A program made the position numbers and the translations under genes. Of a DNA stretch of 64,000 nucleotides, positions 42,601-54,434 are shown piece by piece. The notes under the pieces are model-generated. The model was not told the DNA's origin and did no database searches. It saw nothing but the letters and a program-made list of their open reading frames with translations. Each line of letters starts with the position of its first letter. Position 1 is the first letter of the stretch. The stretch is from Macrostomum lignano. Taxonomy: Eukaryota. The stretch covers positions 248,001-312,000 of the forward strand of contig NIVC01000976.1 in NCBI GenBank assembly GCA_002269645.1, written 5' to 3'.

Positions 42601-45331
42601 CCAGAATTTAAATATGTTAAATGTTAAAATGTCATTAAAAATATTTTAATGAATGAAACTTTTTCCCTGTGATAAAAAAATTGCCAACTTGCTTCTTAAT
42701 CTTATGTATGATAACCATAAAAATAACAGTTTTGCTATTTATATCTATCTATACCATAGACTATGGTTTAGAGGTCGGATGGGATCCTGATCCTGATCCC
42801 AAAATCTTGGGATCCCAAAGAAAATTGAATTCTCGCAAGACCAGAATCCCGACCCTAAAAACTCAAGATTTGGGAACAGAATTAGTGATTACTTGAAGGT
42901 ATTTTGCTTTAACTTGTACTCATTACATTATTTACTTTGTTGGTTATAAAACTTCATATCAATTTTGTTGTTTTACTTCTTGATCTTGACAATCTTAATT
43001 CTCAATTTTGTTAAACTTTACATGGACAATACACTAAAAGACCTGATCCCGATTCTTGAATCCCGATCCCAATCCCAATCCCAAGAAAAAAATTATTCCG
43101 GATCCCGATCCCACCCAAAGATTTCAATCCTGTCCAACCGTTAAAACCTAAGGCCCAGATGGTATCTTATGCATTGACTGTAAAAATAACCATTTTGCTA
43201 TTTAAATGGTCACCATAAGTATAACAATAAAAAATGCCTATTTTAGTATGTCATTAGTCATTTTCTGGTTCTTCCTGATATACTCAATCCTTGTCTGGCC
43301 TCTCATGATTTATCAGTTTTAGATCATTAAAGTTAGGTCCCTAGAAAAAACCGTGTGGATAAGTATATGCCAACAACTACCATAATTTGATCAACTACAA
43401 AATAAATACCAAATATATTCTCTCTATCTCTCTCTCTCTCTCTCTCTCTTAGCCAGTGCTAAATTGTTTTAATCAATGTTATGTTCTAAGGAATTCTGCA
43501 GAAATATTAAATTTTGAAAGAATAGCCAAATAGGAAAAATCGAGATTTTATAATCAGGATCCTAGACCAAGGCCCTATCCAGTATGCAGTATCTGACCGG
43601 CTGACCTGACCTTCAAAGTAAAGTAAGATTTTTATTCTATGATTCAAGTAAAATATATGTAAAATATTGTAATAAACAATGGATGTACCTACTAGTTCAC
43701 ACTTGAACTATTTTTCTAAAAAAACATGCAGTTTAAAAAAATCGCATAAAGTAGCATTTGAAATAACAAATACGTTATTTTACCAGCAAAGACAAAATAA
43801 AGACCGTCCCCCTAATCGTTTCTACAAAAATTCTCTCCTTTAGACGCTGACAGGAGCTCAACTTTTTTCGCCTCTTTGACGTGGCATCTACCAGCCTAAA
43901 GAGACAGGCGCCCCAAGGTTAGGGGTGCCAAGAAGCGCCTATTGGAGACAGGGGCGCCCACGCACATGTAACGCGGTAGAAGACAGGGCTTCCACCAAGC
44001 AAGTCATTAAATATTGACTCCAAGAACATTTGAACTTTTACTGTTAGGTTCACCCAAGAATAGCTGTATTAACCATGTATAAATTAGATTAGTCTCTCAC
44101 CGAGCTAATGCACCTGCCCAATAAATTTTGTCGAAATACTGGTATACACCGTGAATGTATATGTTAGCGTGATAAAGCTTTAGCCTGAATGTCTTTGGAA
44201 ACTCCAATAAGTTAGAACTCGAAAAATCATTTGAGATTTAAGATTTTTGAATGAGTGATTCTTCTTGCATGTTTACGGGGAGAGTAAGTTTATCAATACG
44301 CCACATGTATACCTGTTCCGGTATTTTTTGGAAAAAAATTCGAAAGAAAAGAATTGTACATCATGCAATATTATAGCTGCGTGCCTGAAAATTCGCTTAT
44401 CGATTAATGTGGACATTGTGGAGAAGCTTAAAAAGATGAGGAAATTAATTCTGTGCGTCAAAATTGAATGCCAAAACTGCACCTTTTCGGCCATAGACAT
44501 AGTTTTTCGTTTTTCACTACCAGACCATCGCATGGTTAGCACAATTAAGAGCAATTTTCTGTTTAAATCAAATGTCAAATTGTCGATATTGAATTAAAAA
44601 TGACAAAAATGAGTGATAAATTGTGTAAAATGGTTTACTACTATTTTTAACATGCGCATAATCCCCTTTCTACTAAGACAGGAAAGAAATTATGATGGGT
44701 ATATGGCAGCATCTTAGTTAAAAAAAGCTGGTCAGATCCAAATTTTACCGGAGTTTGGAAGCCTTGCGCTCTGGCTTTGGCTGTATCATTGGTTTACATA
44801 GTAGCCGATATCCGCGGCCAAAATATGTTAATATCTGCGGCCAATATATGTGGCCAATATCTGCTACTTGCAACTGGTATGGTGCTATCGAATAATAGTC
44901 GCGAAGAGCTTTGTGTCAGTGAGCATATTTTTTATTTGAGGTAAGTAGCTTGATGTATTTTACCTCTGCTTCAAGCCGATAAAAATAATATGTTTCTTCC
45001 TAGAATTAACATAAATATAAAAAGAATACTTTTTTGAAAAACATTTACTTTCACTGCAGTCCTTACCCGCAGTATGACGAGAATTCAGGACTGTCAAAAA
45101 AATAGAAACCTGAAAAAGTATCATTTTATTCTAAATTTCATCAAAATTTTATAAAAAATACAAGCATCTACGTCCTTTCCAGGTATATGTTAATTTTTTT
45201 CTGTAATTTCTCTTGGGTGTACAAAAAATGTACATTTACTCCTGTAAGCTTTGGATGCAAGTTCTTATGTGCGCATTTTTAACAGCTTGCATGGCGCGAC
45301 TTAACCTTCAGGTTTCTACTTGGGATGGCGC

Positions 45332-45573
45332 CAGTGGCATAGCCAGGGGGGTGGGGTTGGGCGCGGCGGGTACCAAAAACCATGAGGCAATTGAGTGCCT
45401 GCGGCGCTAAAATGAGTGCCTGCGGCGCTAAAATGAGTGCCTGCGGCGCCAAAATGAGTGCCTGCGGCGCCAAAATGAGTGCCTGCGGCGCCAAAAGTGG
45501 CAATGGCATAAGGCATGGCCAGCCAGGCTAACCTGCCCCCCCACCCCAATTGAAATTACTGGCTACGCCACTG
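45332..45573. mobile_element. hAT-type MITE (242 bp) with 8-bp TSD
   Basis: TIR cagtggcatagccag / ctggctacgccactg (1 mismatch). GATGGCGC duplicated at 45324-45331 and 45574-45581. Five internal 21-bp repeats. Confidence 0.9.
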
Positions 45574-45705
45574 GATGGCGCGGAAACGGCCGCCTATTGA
45601 TCGAGTATGCGGTGACGCCTTGTCTCTGGGCCTGCTCCCACACCTGACCTGACATTAGATCACGACAATGTAGTATGAAGTTGAATAGGGCAGCTATACT
45701 ATAAG

Positions 45706-46304
45706 CATAGGCGTAGGAACGTTTCAAAAACTGGAGGGGCCAGCTTCAGTGACGGATTTAGGGGGGGGGGGGGGCGCACAGGGCGCACGCCCCTGTCGAG
45801 TTAGATTTTTAAATGGAAAATGCACATTATCATGTACCGATTATTTTCAGAATCCATCCTGTCAGCACTCATTTTATAAACTGCCGCAGGCACTCATTTT
45901 AGCGCCGCAGCTGCACGATAATTTTAGCACCGCAGGCACTCATTTTAGCGCCACAGGCACTCATTTTAGCGCCACAGGCACTCATTTTAGCGCTGCAGAC
46001 ACTCATTTTAGCGCCGCAGGCACTCATTTTAGCGCCGCAGGCACTCATTTTAGCGCCGCAGGCACTCATTTTGGCGCTGCAGGCACTCATTTTGGCGCTG
46101 CAGGCACTCATTTTGGCGCTGGAGGCGCTATTTTTTGTCGCCCTGCAGCAAAATGCATTCATGCAAAGCAGCAAAAACCAAAAATAAGCAAGAAGTCTAC
46201 ATTTTACATTTAAAATGTGGAGGGGCCAGATACCATTACTGCCCCCCCACTTTAAAAAGGGGGGGTCCATGGCCCCACTGACCCCCCCCGTTCCTACGCC
46301 AATG
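45706..46304. mobile_element. Composite hAT-like MITE
   Basis: TIR cataggcgtaggaac / gttcctacgccaatg (1 mismatch). Contains an orphan cagtgacggatttaggggg end and about 11 copies of a 21-bp repeat. No clean TSD. Confidence 0.6.
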
Positions 46305-46923
46305 ATAAAAAAATAGAGTAAAATAATATGTTCGTGTAAACGTTTCTCGCAAACTTGCTGATCTATTTTGGAGTCTACCGAAGTATATGATCCCAAATAA
46401 CGCTTGTGCCAGAAGTACAAAATTTTGCAATTTCGTCATCGAAATTTCTAGAAAAATTTAGCTCTGTCGTAGATTTCAGAAATTCGTACTTTAACCTTTT
46501 TAAAGTTTTTAGCGAGCGAGCATTTTATCGCCGCAAGAATTTCATAGCTGTCCTAACATAGCGAAGGAGTGCCATGCAGCACCACAAACCGGCTTATCTC
46601 TCTACAGATACCGAAGGAGTGCCATGCAATACCATGCAGTACACAAACCGGCTCTCCACAGAATACTGTCTTATCACAGTAACCCTTGTGACTGTCGGTT
46701 TCCAGAAATTTAAAACGTACTGCTGTCGTTCGATGCCACGGTCAATGGTCAGCTTAGGCCCGCCAGGTCAAGCAGAGCAGCACCAGTTACACACGTGACT
46801 TGCCTTCAGTTCAGATAGATAGGGGCGCAAGTTTTACTGCATATAAGGCCCTAAAGCAGAGGAGCCAGCGGTACTCTAACCAGATTCACTTCCAACCCTC
46901 GCAACCACACCAAAGCTTCAGCC

Positions 46924-47892
46924 ATGGTGAGCAGAGTCGTACAAATCGCCCTTGTTGCCGTGACAACGGTAATGCTAATTCTGACGCTGGTGTTCAACTA
47001 CCTCAGCACGTCGGACCTGGGCTATCAAGCCGGTCTGTTCGCCTACAACAGTAGCATTCCCTGGACAGAGAGGGGTAACCTGACTGCCAGCAGCCTCACA
47101 CCTCCTGGATGGGCCTTCAGCATTTGGGCCGTGATCTACCTGTACCAGGGCGCCATGCTGGCGTACTGCTGGAGTCTGCTGTTCCGCCGGAGCTCTCATG
47201 GCGAGCCGCTGTGCTGCGTTCCTGGCCTGCTTCCCGTAGGATTCCTCGTGGCCCATTGCATCAGCAGCGTGTTCAACATCGCCTGGGTGTTCCTGGCTGA
47301 TAGGGTGCCAATGAGCAAGCCTCTGCTCACGCCCCAGACCCTGGTTCTCTTCTTCCTGGCCATCTCTATCTGGATCTGCCTGGCTTTCTCCCTGCAACAG
47401 TTGCAAGCCAATGGGCAGGAGCTGCAGTCGGAGGGTCTCGGCAAGGAGTACTGGCTGGTGATCGGGCTGATTCAGAATTCCTGCGGTCTGTACGTGGGCT
47501 GGACGAGCATCGCCAGCTTCCTGAACCTGGACGTGGCCATCGTGAACCTGGCCGGATACCCGGCGGAGAACAGCTCCCTGCTGTGCCTGTGTCAGGTCTG
47601 CCTGCTACTGGGGATGTACATCGTGGCGGACTTCTCCTTTCTCGACCGCTACATGCGATTCGTGATCGCGCCATATGTCACCCTGCTATGGGCGCTGGTC
47701 ACATCGGTGGCTGGCAACTACCGGGCGGGATCGGCGAGGTCCGACGTGTCCGTGCAACTTATGGCAGTCCTGGCTGTCGCCCTGGTCGCCAAGGTGATCG
47801 TCGCTATCATCCGGCAGAAGCGGAGTCCCCAGCCGTGGTCAGTCAAGGGATCGCGCAGTCAGGTGTCTGACTCGAGCATCAAGCTGGGTTAG
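46924..47892 (+). CDS. Intronless 322-aa multi-pass membrane protein, TspO/MBR-like (tryptophan-rich sensory protein-like) family
   Basis: Uninterrupted GC-rich ORF with about 8 hydrophobic segments. LTPPGWAFSIWAVIY and NIAWVFL resemble the TP(A/P)GxxFSIWGxIY family motif. The family call rests on motif recall. Confidence 0.7.
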   Translation: MVSRVVQIALVAVTTVMLILTLVFNYLSTSDLGYQAGLFAYNSSIPWTERGNLTASSLTPPGWAFSIWAVIYLYQGAMLAYCWSLLFRRSSHGEPLCCVPGLLPVGFLVAHCISSVFNIAWVFLADRVPMSKPLLTPQTLVLFFLAISIWICLAFSLQQLQANGQELQSEGLGKEYWLVIGLIQNSCGLYVGWTSIASFLNLDVAIVNLAGYPAENSSLLCLCQVCLLLGMYIVADFSFLDRYMRFVIAPYVTLLWALVTSVAGNYRAGSARSDVSVQLMAVLAVALVAKVIVAIIRQKRSPQPWSVKGSRSQVSDSSIKLG

Positions 47893-48440
47893 AGCAACGC
47901 GTCCATGGACCGGCGGTTGAACCAAATGCTTATTTTGTATGATTGTTAACGGCCCGCGATATTAATAAGACATTCTTAAATTGACTGACTGAGCTAAAGC
48001 ACCACATTAAAATAAAAGTGTTTTTTAATAGTGAGAAGATAATTAGGAATTAGCATATTTTAGTATGTACATACTAATTTTGATTTCAGACACGTACATA
48101 AAAAATAACTGTTTTAAACAATGCCAATCTGTTTCTCTATTGGCATCAACTGTTTGGCTATCGACATGTATCTAATCTTTTACAGTACATTAACTTCACA
48201 ATGTGACTTTAAATCTGTGGTTCTATTGATAAGGAACAAAACACTTTTTCCCAAAACGCAATCACGGTTTTTGAAACCCTTCTTTTGTACTTAAAATACA
48301 GTTTGTTCACATAGGAAAGTTGTTTCGTTCTAACGTACGCGCTCACAAACTAACGACATAATAAATATATGACAAATCTGTATTCATTGACATGCAGTGA
48401 TTTTTTGCAGAGCTCATGGACGGTGGCGATGCGTTCATTT

Positions 48441-48578
<138 letters not shown>

Positions 48579-49609
48579 AAAATAGTCTCAGAAGCTGCAG
48601 ATTATGTAATACGTCGTCGAGGCTGTGAGGCGGTGACATCGTTTCGTTATAGAATTTAGCTACAAGCCCACAATCAATTTACAATTTTTACTGCAGCGGA
48701 CTGCAAGTGCACTGGCGCATCATAATTGGCGTCATCGTCCAACAGCAGAGGAAAGGGTAGTTTTTTCCCGCCATGCAGTCTTTCCAGAATATACCCATCC
48801 TATAGACCTTTGGAGGGCAGAAAGAAGAAGAATCCGAGGGCCGCGTAGCCCTCCTCCCGAACTCGAACTTTCATGGCACAATACATGAAAATAAGCTTCA
48901 TCCATTGAAAATGGCTCCCTGGAACACCACAGAAACATATATGGTTTCGTTACAAGTAACAGGATGTACGAGGGTTCAATTTATACTTTCAGGGGGCTGC
49001 AGGCAGACTGGCGCAATGTCATTGGCCGTCATCGTTCTACGACCTACAGACAGCAAAGGGCAGGATTGCCATTGACGTCATCTCTCCTGAGCTCACATGC
49101 TAAGCGCCAAATTGATAAGCGGCCATCCTTTGGCGACCCAACTTCTGTCACGCTGCGACCATTCTCGGGTCGCAAAACGATTCAGACTGTTGAAATGAAT
49201 GGTTGCGGTTGTCTTCCTTCCTCACATAAAGCCTGGGAGACGGAGTCACCGTCCCTGCCGACTGCGGGACACCCTTGTTGTAGCCATATTGTGTCCACAC
49301 TGGCGGCCACAAGCTTGCGCTGCCCCAAAGGGTAGCTCCAGGTCAGGCCCTGAGTGACCGCCTCACAGTTCGCAGCCATGGGCGGCGCTGGCTCGCCAGA
49401 CTGGCTTTTAGTGCCACCCGTTGTCGCTTGGATGGTCGTTACAAAAATTGAGGCGAGTTTAGCCGCAGAAATACTTGAATACATTGTTGCGTGTCCATCA
49501 CCGTGGCATATTGGTAAAAAATCAACATTTGACGACCGTTTCTATGCTGGATGGAAAGCATGACGGATACAGGGGCACACACTCACATATTGCTGAATAA
49601 CTGCTCTGA

Positions 49610-49802
49610 CTTAATCATCGCCAGGCAGTGCGACAGCCACTGTTCCTAATTGGGGGTTGGCTCACATGGGCTTAGCTCCGCCTCCGACAGCCCGTGTAGC
49701 TTCTTAGTGACGCACCTAATTAAAGCGTCGCCATCGGGGTTTTAACCCATGTCCGCTGGTACACGAAGCAGCCGCGCTAACCGCTCGACGATTCCACCTC
49801 CC
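49610..49802 (-). mobile_element. tRNA-derived SINE-like fragment
   Basis: Minus strand begins gggaggtggaatcgtcgagcggttagcgcgg (A-box-like), followed by gggttaaaacccc (B-box-like). Not a foldable intact tRNA. Confidence 0.4.
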
Positions 49803-51265
49803 TGAATGAAAGCTCATACTCTGCTATACTTGCTCTCTGCTGTGCATTTACGCTCGTAGCATGCCTTAGGGCTTTTGTGGTGTTGAGGTGTCTAATTTTT
49901 TTAGGGATGCACTGCTGCAGAGTCTGCTTCCTTACGTGAGTTCAATAACTATTTTGCATACTACAAATCATTTGATTTTCCATACGGGAGTTTAATGACT
50001 TATATCATGCTGGTATTGAGGAAAATGATTTAAAAAGAAAAATATGATACTTGTGGACTCATCTGGAACAGGAGGTTGTCTGCAGGAACACATTTAGACA
50101 AATGCAAGCGTATTTACACGAGTGTAGTAAGAAACAGTTCAACTTTTATTTATTGTGTACTTATTTCGCTGATTAAATAATTTGATTGAACATATTGCAG
50201 TTTTAAGAAAAGTATATTAACTTTTTTCTGCAGTATCGATGCAGATGGCAGATAAATAATTAATACCTTAGGCGTAGTCAATCGATAGAGAAGGAAGAAA
50301 GGTATGAACAGATAAAGATTTCATAGAAACGCTGAGTCATCAGTTAAGCCGTCAAGATAAAAAATATTTGCTTTCTAAATATGATATTCTAATAAATAAT
50401 TCTACGAGTAGCACGAATTCGTAAATAAGGATTGAAGATTGGATAGGCAAATATAGAAAAACAAGAATATCCCGCGAACGTGCAAAATTACGAGCTACGC
50501 TCGTATTAAAGGAAATTCTACTTTGTGGCACGGACAAACAATTTTCGATAGTAACTCTCGTAATCTTAAAGGATATTTTGCTCAAAAAACAGAAAGCGAT
50601 GTAAAAAAAACTGAGTGTCAACACACATATAGGGAGAGAGAAAAACTCTGTCTTAAAGTTGCAGAAAGACCGCTAAATTCATCTTTTATGAAGTTTGTTT
50701 GAATCAGCTGCCATTACCGCGGTATGTTTTTTAATATACGGGTGGCATATGATAAGTTTTGCCCACGTGCGTGCCATGCTTAATTTACTCTTCCTTGTCT
50801 AAACTAACGATTTTGAAGGGACTCCAGACGGCTGACTTATTATTAAGATTATATTTTTGCTACAATTTGCTACATGTATGAACTACGAGTAATCTACATG
50901 TACATGCGGCTATATCTTGTCACGCGGAATGCCTATAGGTTTCTCACCCGAAAAAATCATTTCTCACCTTTCTATGCAATCGATACGAGTATAAAAGTGG
51001 CATTCCCCCTCCTCAATGTTTCAGCTTATTTGATAAAGAGATAAACCTTAAGATGGCTTAAGAAATTTGTGCAATTCCAACCTTCTCGACCTTCACTTGA
51101 CAGCGCCCATCTAAGATACATGGGCGCTATCTTAATGCCTTTAGCAAGACAATGATACTGCTGCTTGCATGCAGGGAAAGTGCAGAGCAACAAAGTTTGA
51201 AATTAACCAAAGATACAAAACACATCACATGGGTATAGAACAAAACTTATGCACTAGCTTATAGT

Positions 51266-52768
51266 TTTGAATGTATGCGCTAGCATTTGAATGTTTGTAC
51301 TAGCATTTGAAAGTTTGTACTAGCATTTGAATGTTTGTACTAGCATTTGAATGTATGCACTAGTATTTGAATGTATGCGCTAGCATTTGAATGTATGCAC
51401 TAGCATTTGAATGTATGTACTAGCATTTGAATGTATGCACTAGCATTTGAATGTATGCACTAGTATTTGAATGTTTGTACTAGCATTTGAATGTATGCAC
51501 TAGCATTTGAATGTATGCACTAGCATTTGAATGTTTGTACTAGCATTTGAATGTTTGTACTAGCATTTGAATGTTTGTACTAGCATTTGAATGTTGTACT
51601 AGCATTTGAATGTTTGTACTAGCATTTGAATGTATGTACTAGCATGTTAATGTTTGTACTAGCATTTGAATGTTTGTACTAGTATTTGAATGTATTTACT
51701 AGCATTTGAATGTATGTAATAGCATTTGAATGTGTGTACTAGTATTTGAATGTGTGTACTAGCATTTGAATGTGTGCACTAGTATTTGAATGTATGCACT
51801 TGTATTTTAATGCATGTAATTGTATTTTAATGTATGCACTAGCATTTGAATGTGTGTACTAGTATTTGAATGTATGTACTAGTATTTGAATGTGTGTACT
51901 AGTATTTGTATGTATGTACTAGCATTTGAATGTTTGCACTAGCTTTTGAATGTGTGTACTAGTATTTGAATGTTTGTACTAGTATTTGAATGTGTGTACT
52001 AGCATTTGAATGTATGTACTAGCATTTGAATGTTTGTACTAGCATTTGAATGTATGCACTAGCATGTTAATGTTTGTACTAGTATTTGAATGTTTGTACT
52101 AGTATTTGAATGTATTTACTAGCATTTGAATGTATGTAATAGCATTTGAATGTGTGTACTAGTATTTGAATGTTTGTACTAGCATTTGAATGTGTGCACT
52201 TTTATTTTAATGTATGTAATTGTATTTGAATGTATGCACTAGCATTTGAATGTATGTACTAGCATTTGAATGTATGCACTAGCATTTGAATGTAAGCACT
52301 AGCATTTGAATGTATGTAATAGCATTTGAATGTATGTACTAGCATTTGAATGTATGCACTAGCATTTGAATGTAAGCACTAGCATTTGAATGTATGTACT
52401 AGCATTTGAATGTAAGCACTAGCATTTGAATGTATGTACTAGCATTTGAATGTATGTACTAGCATTTGAATGTTTGTACTAGCATTTGAATGTATGCACT
52501 AGCATTTGAATGTATGTACTAGCATTTGAATGTATGTACTAGCATTTGAATGTTGTACTAGCATTTGAATGTATGCACTACATTTGAATGTATGTACTAG
52601 CATTTGAATGTTTGTACTAGCATTTGAATGTTTGTACTAGCATTTGAATGTTTGTACTAGCATTTGAATGTATGCACTAGCATTTGAATGTTTGTAGTAG
52701 CATTTGAATGTATGTACTAGCATTTGAATGTATGTACTAGTATTTGAATGTATGTACTAGCGTTTGAA
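51266..52768. repeat. 20-bp AT-rich minisatellite, about 75 copies
   Basis: tagcatttgaatgtatgtac and variants. Confidence 0.97.
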
Positions 52769-53349
52769 GTACAAACCAATTGCGCGCCAGTTCTGCTGGC
52801 ATCGCGGAAGTTCTGTTGCCTGCTCGTCAGCGTAATGGTAGAAAATGACAACCTGGATTTACGCAGACGCAGCCCTGTTGACCAAAGCTCACCGCAACAG
52901 CGAATACCTTGTCTAGCTATGACTGGACGCCTTCATCAAACTGCTGAAAGGGGTAATTAACTTCTCAGTGTAACTGCAGTTGCAAAAAAATTACGCTTGA
53001 CCGTTTCAGAAGCCCTGCATAGTTTTTGACTGCTTGATTTTGTTGTGAAACCCTACGATTTTTGAAGCACTACGATAGAGGCATGTAATGAAACTCAGCT
53101 GCATCCCTTTCTTGGTCAATTTAAGATGGAAAAATTGTTTATTTAGCGTGGGAACAGCAAGGGTTTTGCCCGCAGCAGAGATCGATGGCTGAGATAGTGG
53201 GAGAGAATCGACATGTGCAGCCAACTGTAAAAGTAAATATTTTGGGCCTCGCTGGCCAATTATTTTCAAAATAGAATATACATTACTAGTGTGCCATTAT
53301 AGGTATAGCTTGAAGGTACCTAGCGCACGTTTTGAGTAACTGTAGTTAC

Positions 53350-53565
53350 ATAATATAATGCGCGCATCTGAAGGCTGCGTACGGCTGTTCAGTCCAAGGA
53401 CTGAGGGGTCGCCTGACACACCCTCAGTTACCTCAGCTAATGCTGGTTCCTCAGTTTACTTAACTGAAGCGATGCAGAGTGAGTGTCTTGCTCAAGGACA
53501 CGAATTATTCCGAGTGCGTCGAGAATTGAAACCCCGACCTTCAGTTAGCCCAACCAAGCCTTAGC
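53350..53565 (-). mobile_element. tRNA-derived SINE-like element
   Basis: Minus strand has a B-box-like ggggtttcaattctc followed by gtgtccttgagcaagacact, a core motif common in metazoan SINE bodies. Confidence 0.55.
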
Positions 53566-54434
53566 CTTAATATGCATTAAATCAGCACAGGTTTGGCTCA
53601 GTTAATACGAACGGCAATCCTTTATCAGATTTTTTATCGCGGTCGCTTATTAATCGCAAATAATTGTTTCTTATGCAAATGATTTCATATTTTGGGCTTA
53701 TCTAATCGAGGGACATATTTCAAATAATGACGGTCAGTAGCGGTCAGTATTATGTATATTTGCATATAAGACTAGAGACTAGTGACGCAGATATTTCAGT
53801 GGCATTTACGTATACACTTTCGAGCGGTTGCGATTTCATAATAATTACGTGTATTTTAAAAACAAAGATTACACATGGTGCACTTGCTCCACGACCAGAC
53901 ACACGATAGGCCCTGCGCCCGAGCATATTTAGTTTGGAATAGACAGTAACGCTTCCGCTGTATCCCTGGGTGGTCGGTGGTTGGGACTTTGGGAGTGAAA
54001 AACTTACTGTGAGTTGTGCACGCAGAGCTCAAGGCCCTAAACAGAGAAGCTGCTGAGTTGAGTTTTATTTCTCCGTGGCTATCCATCGCAAGCACTCAAA
54101 AGTAACATCGACGTGAGGGAACGAGCGGTATTTAGCGTCCTGACGAATTCACGGGAAAGATGAACTCGAATCTTTCGATCTGATGCTCTGTCTACGAAGA
54201 CAAGCGTCAGACGAAAATACGGTAAGTTCAGGGTGGAACTGATCAGTAAAATAATTTGAAACACGATCACAATTAACAATTATGCACTACGATAAATATT
54301 AGCTGAAAAAAAGTTATTTAAAGTAAGTACTAGCCAAATAATAACTACTGTTGCACTAGGGTTTGTTTAAAGAACAAGCAAAACCGATATTTTTTAGTCA
54401 AGTGTCGGTTTTCAAACACGGCATCGAGCCATCA

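Noticed and set aside
42760-43150. gatccc-rich segment with weak inverted ends
   Set aside because: The TIR match is poor and there is no TSD; it may be a decayed MITE but this is unsupported.
48967-49570. TA-CGAGGG mariner-like terminus with faint transposase-like peptide downstream
   Set aside because: No partner TIR was found and there is no clear YSPDLAP or DD34D motif.
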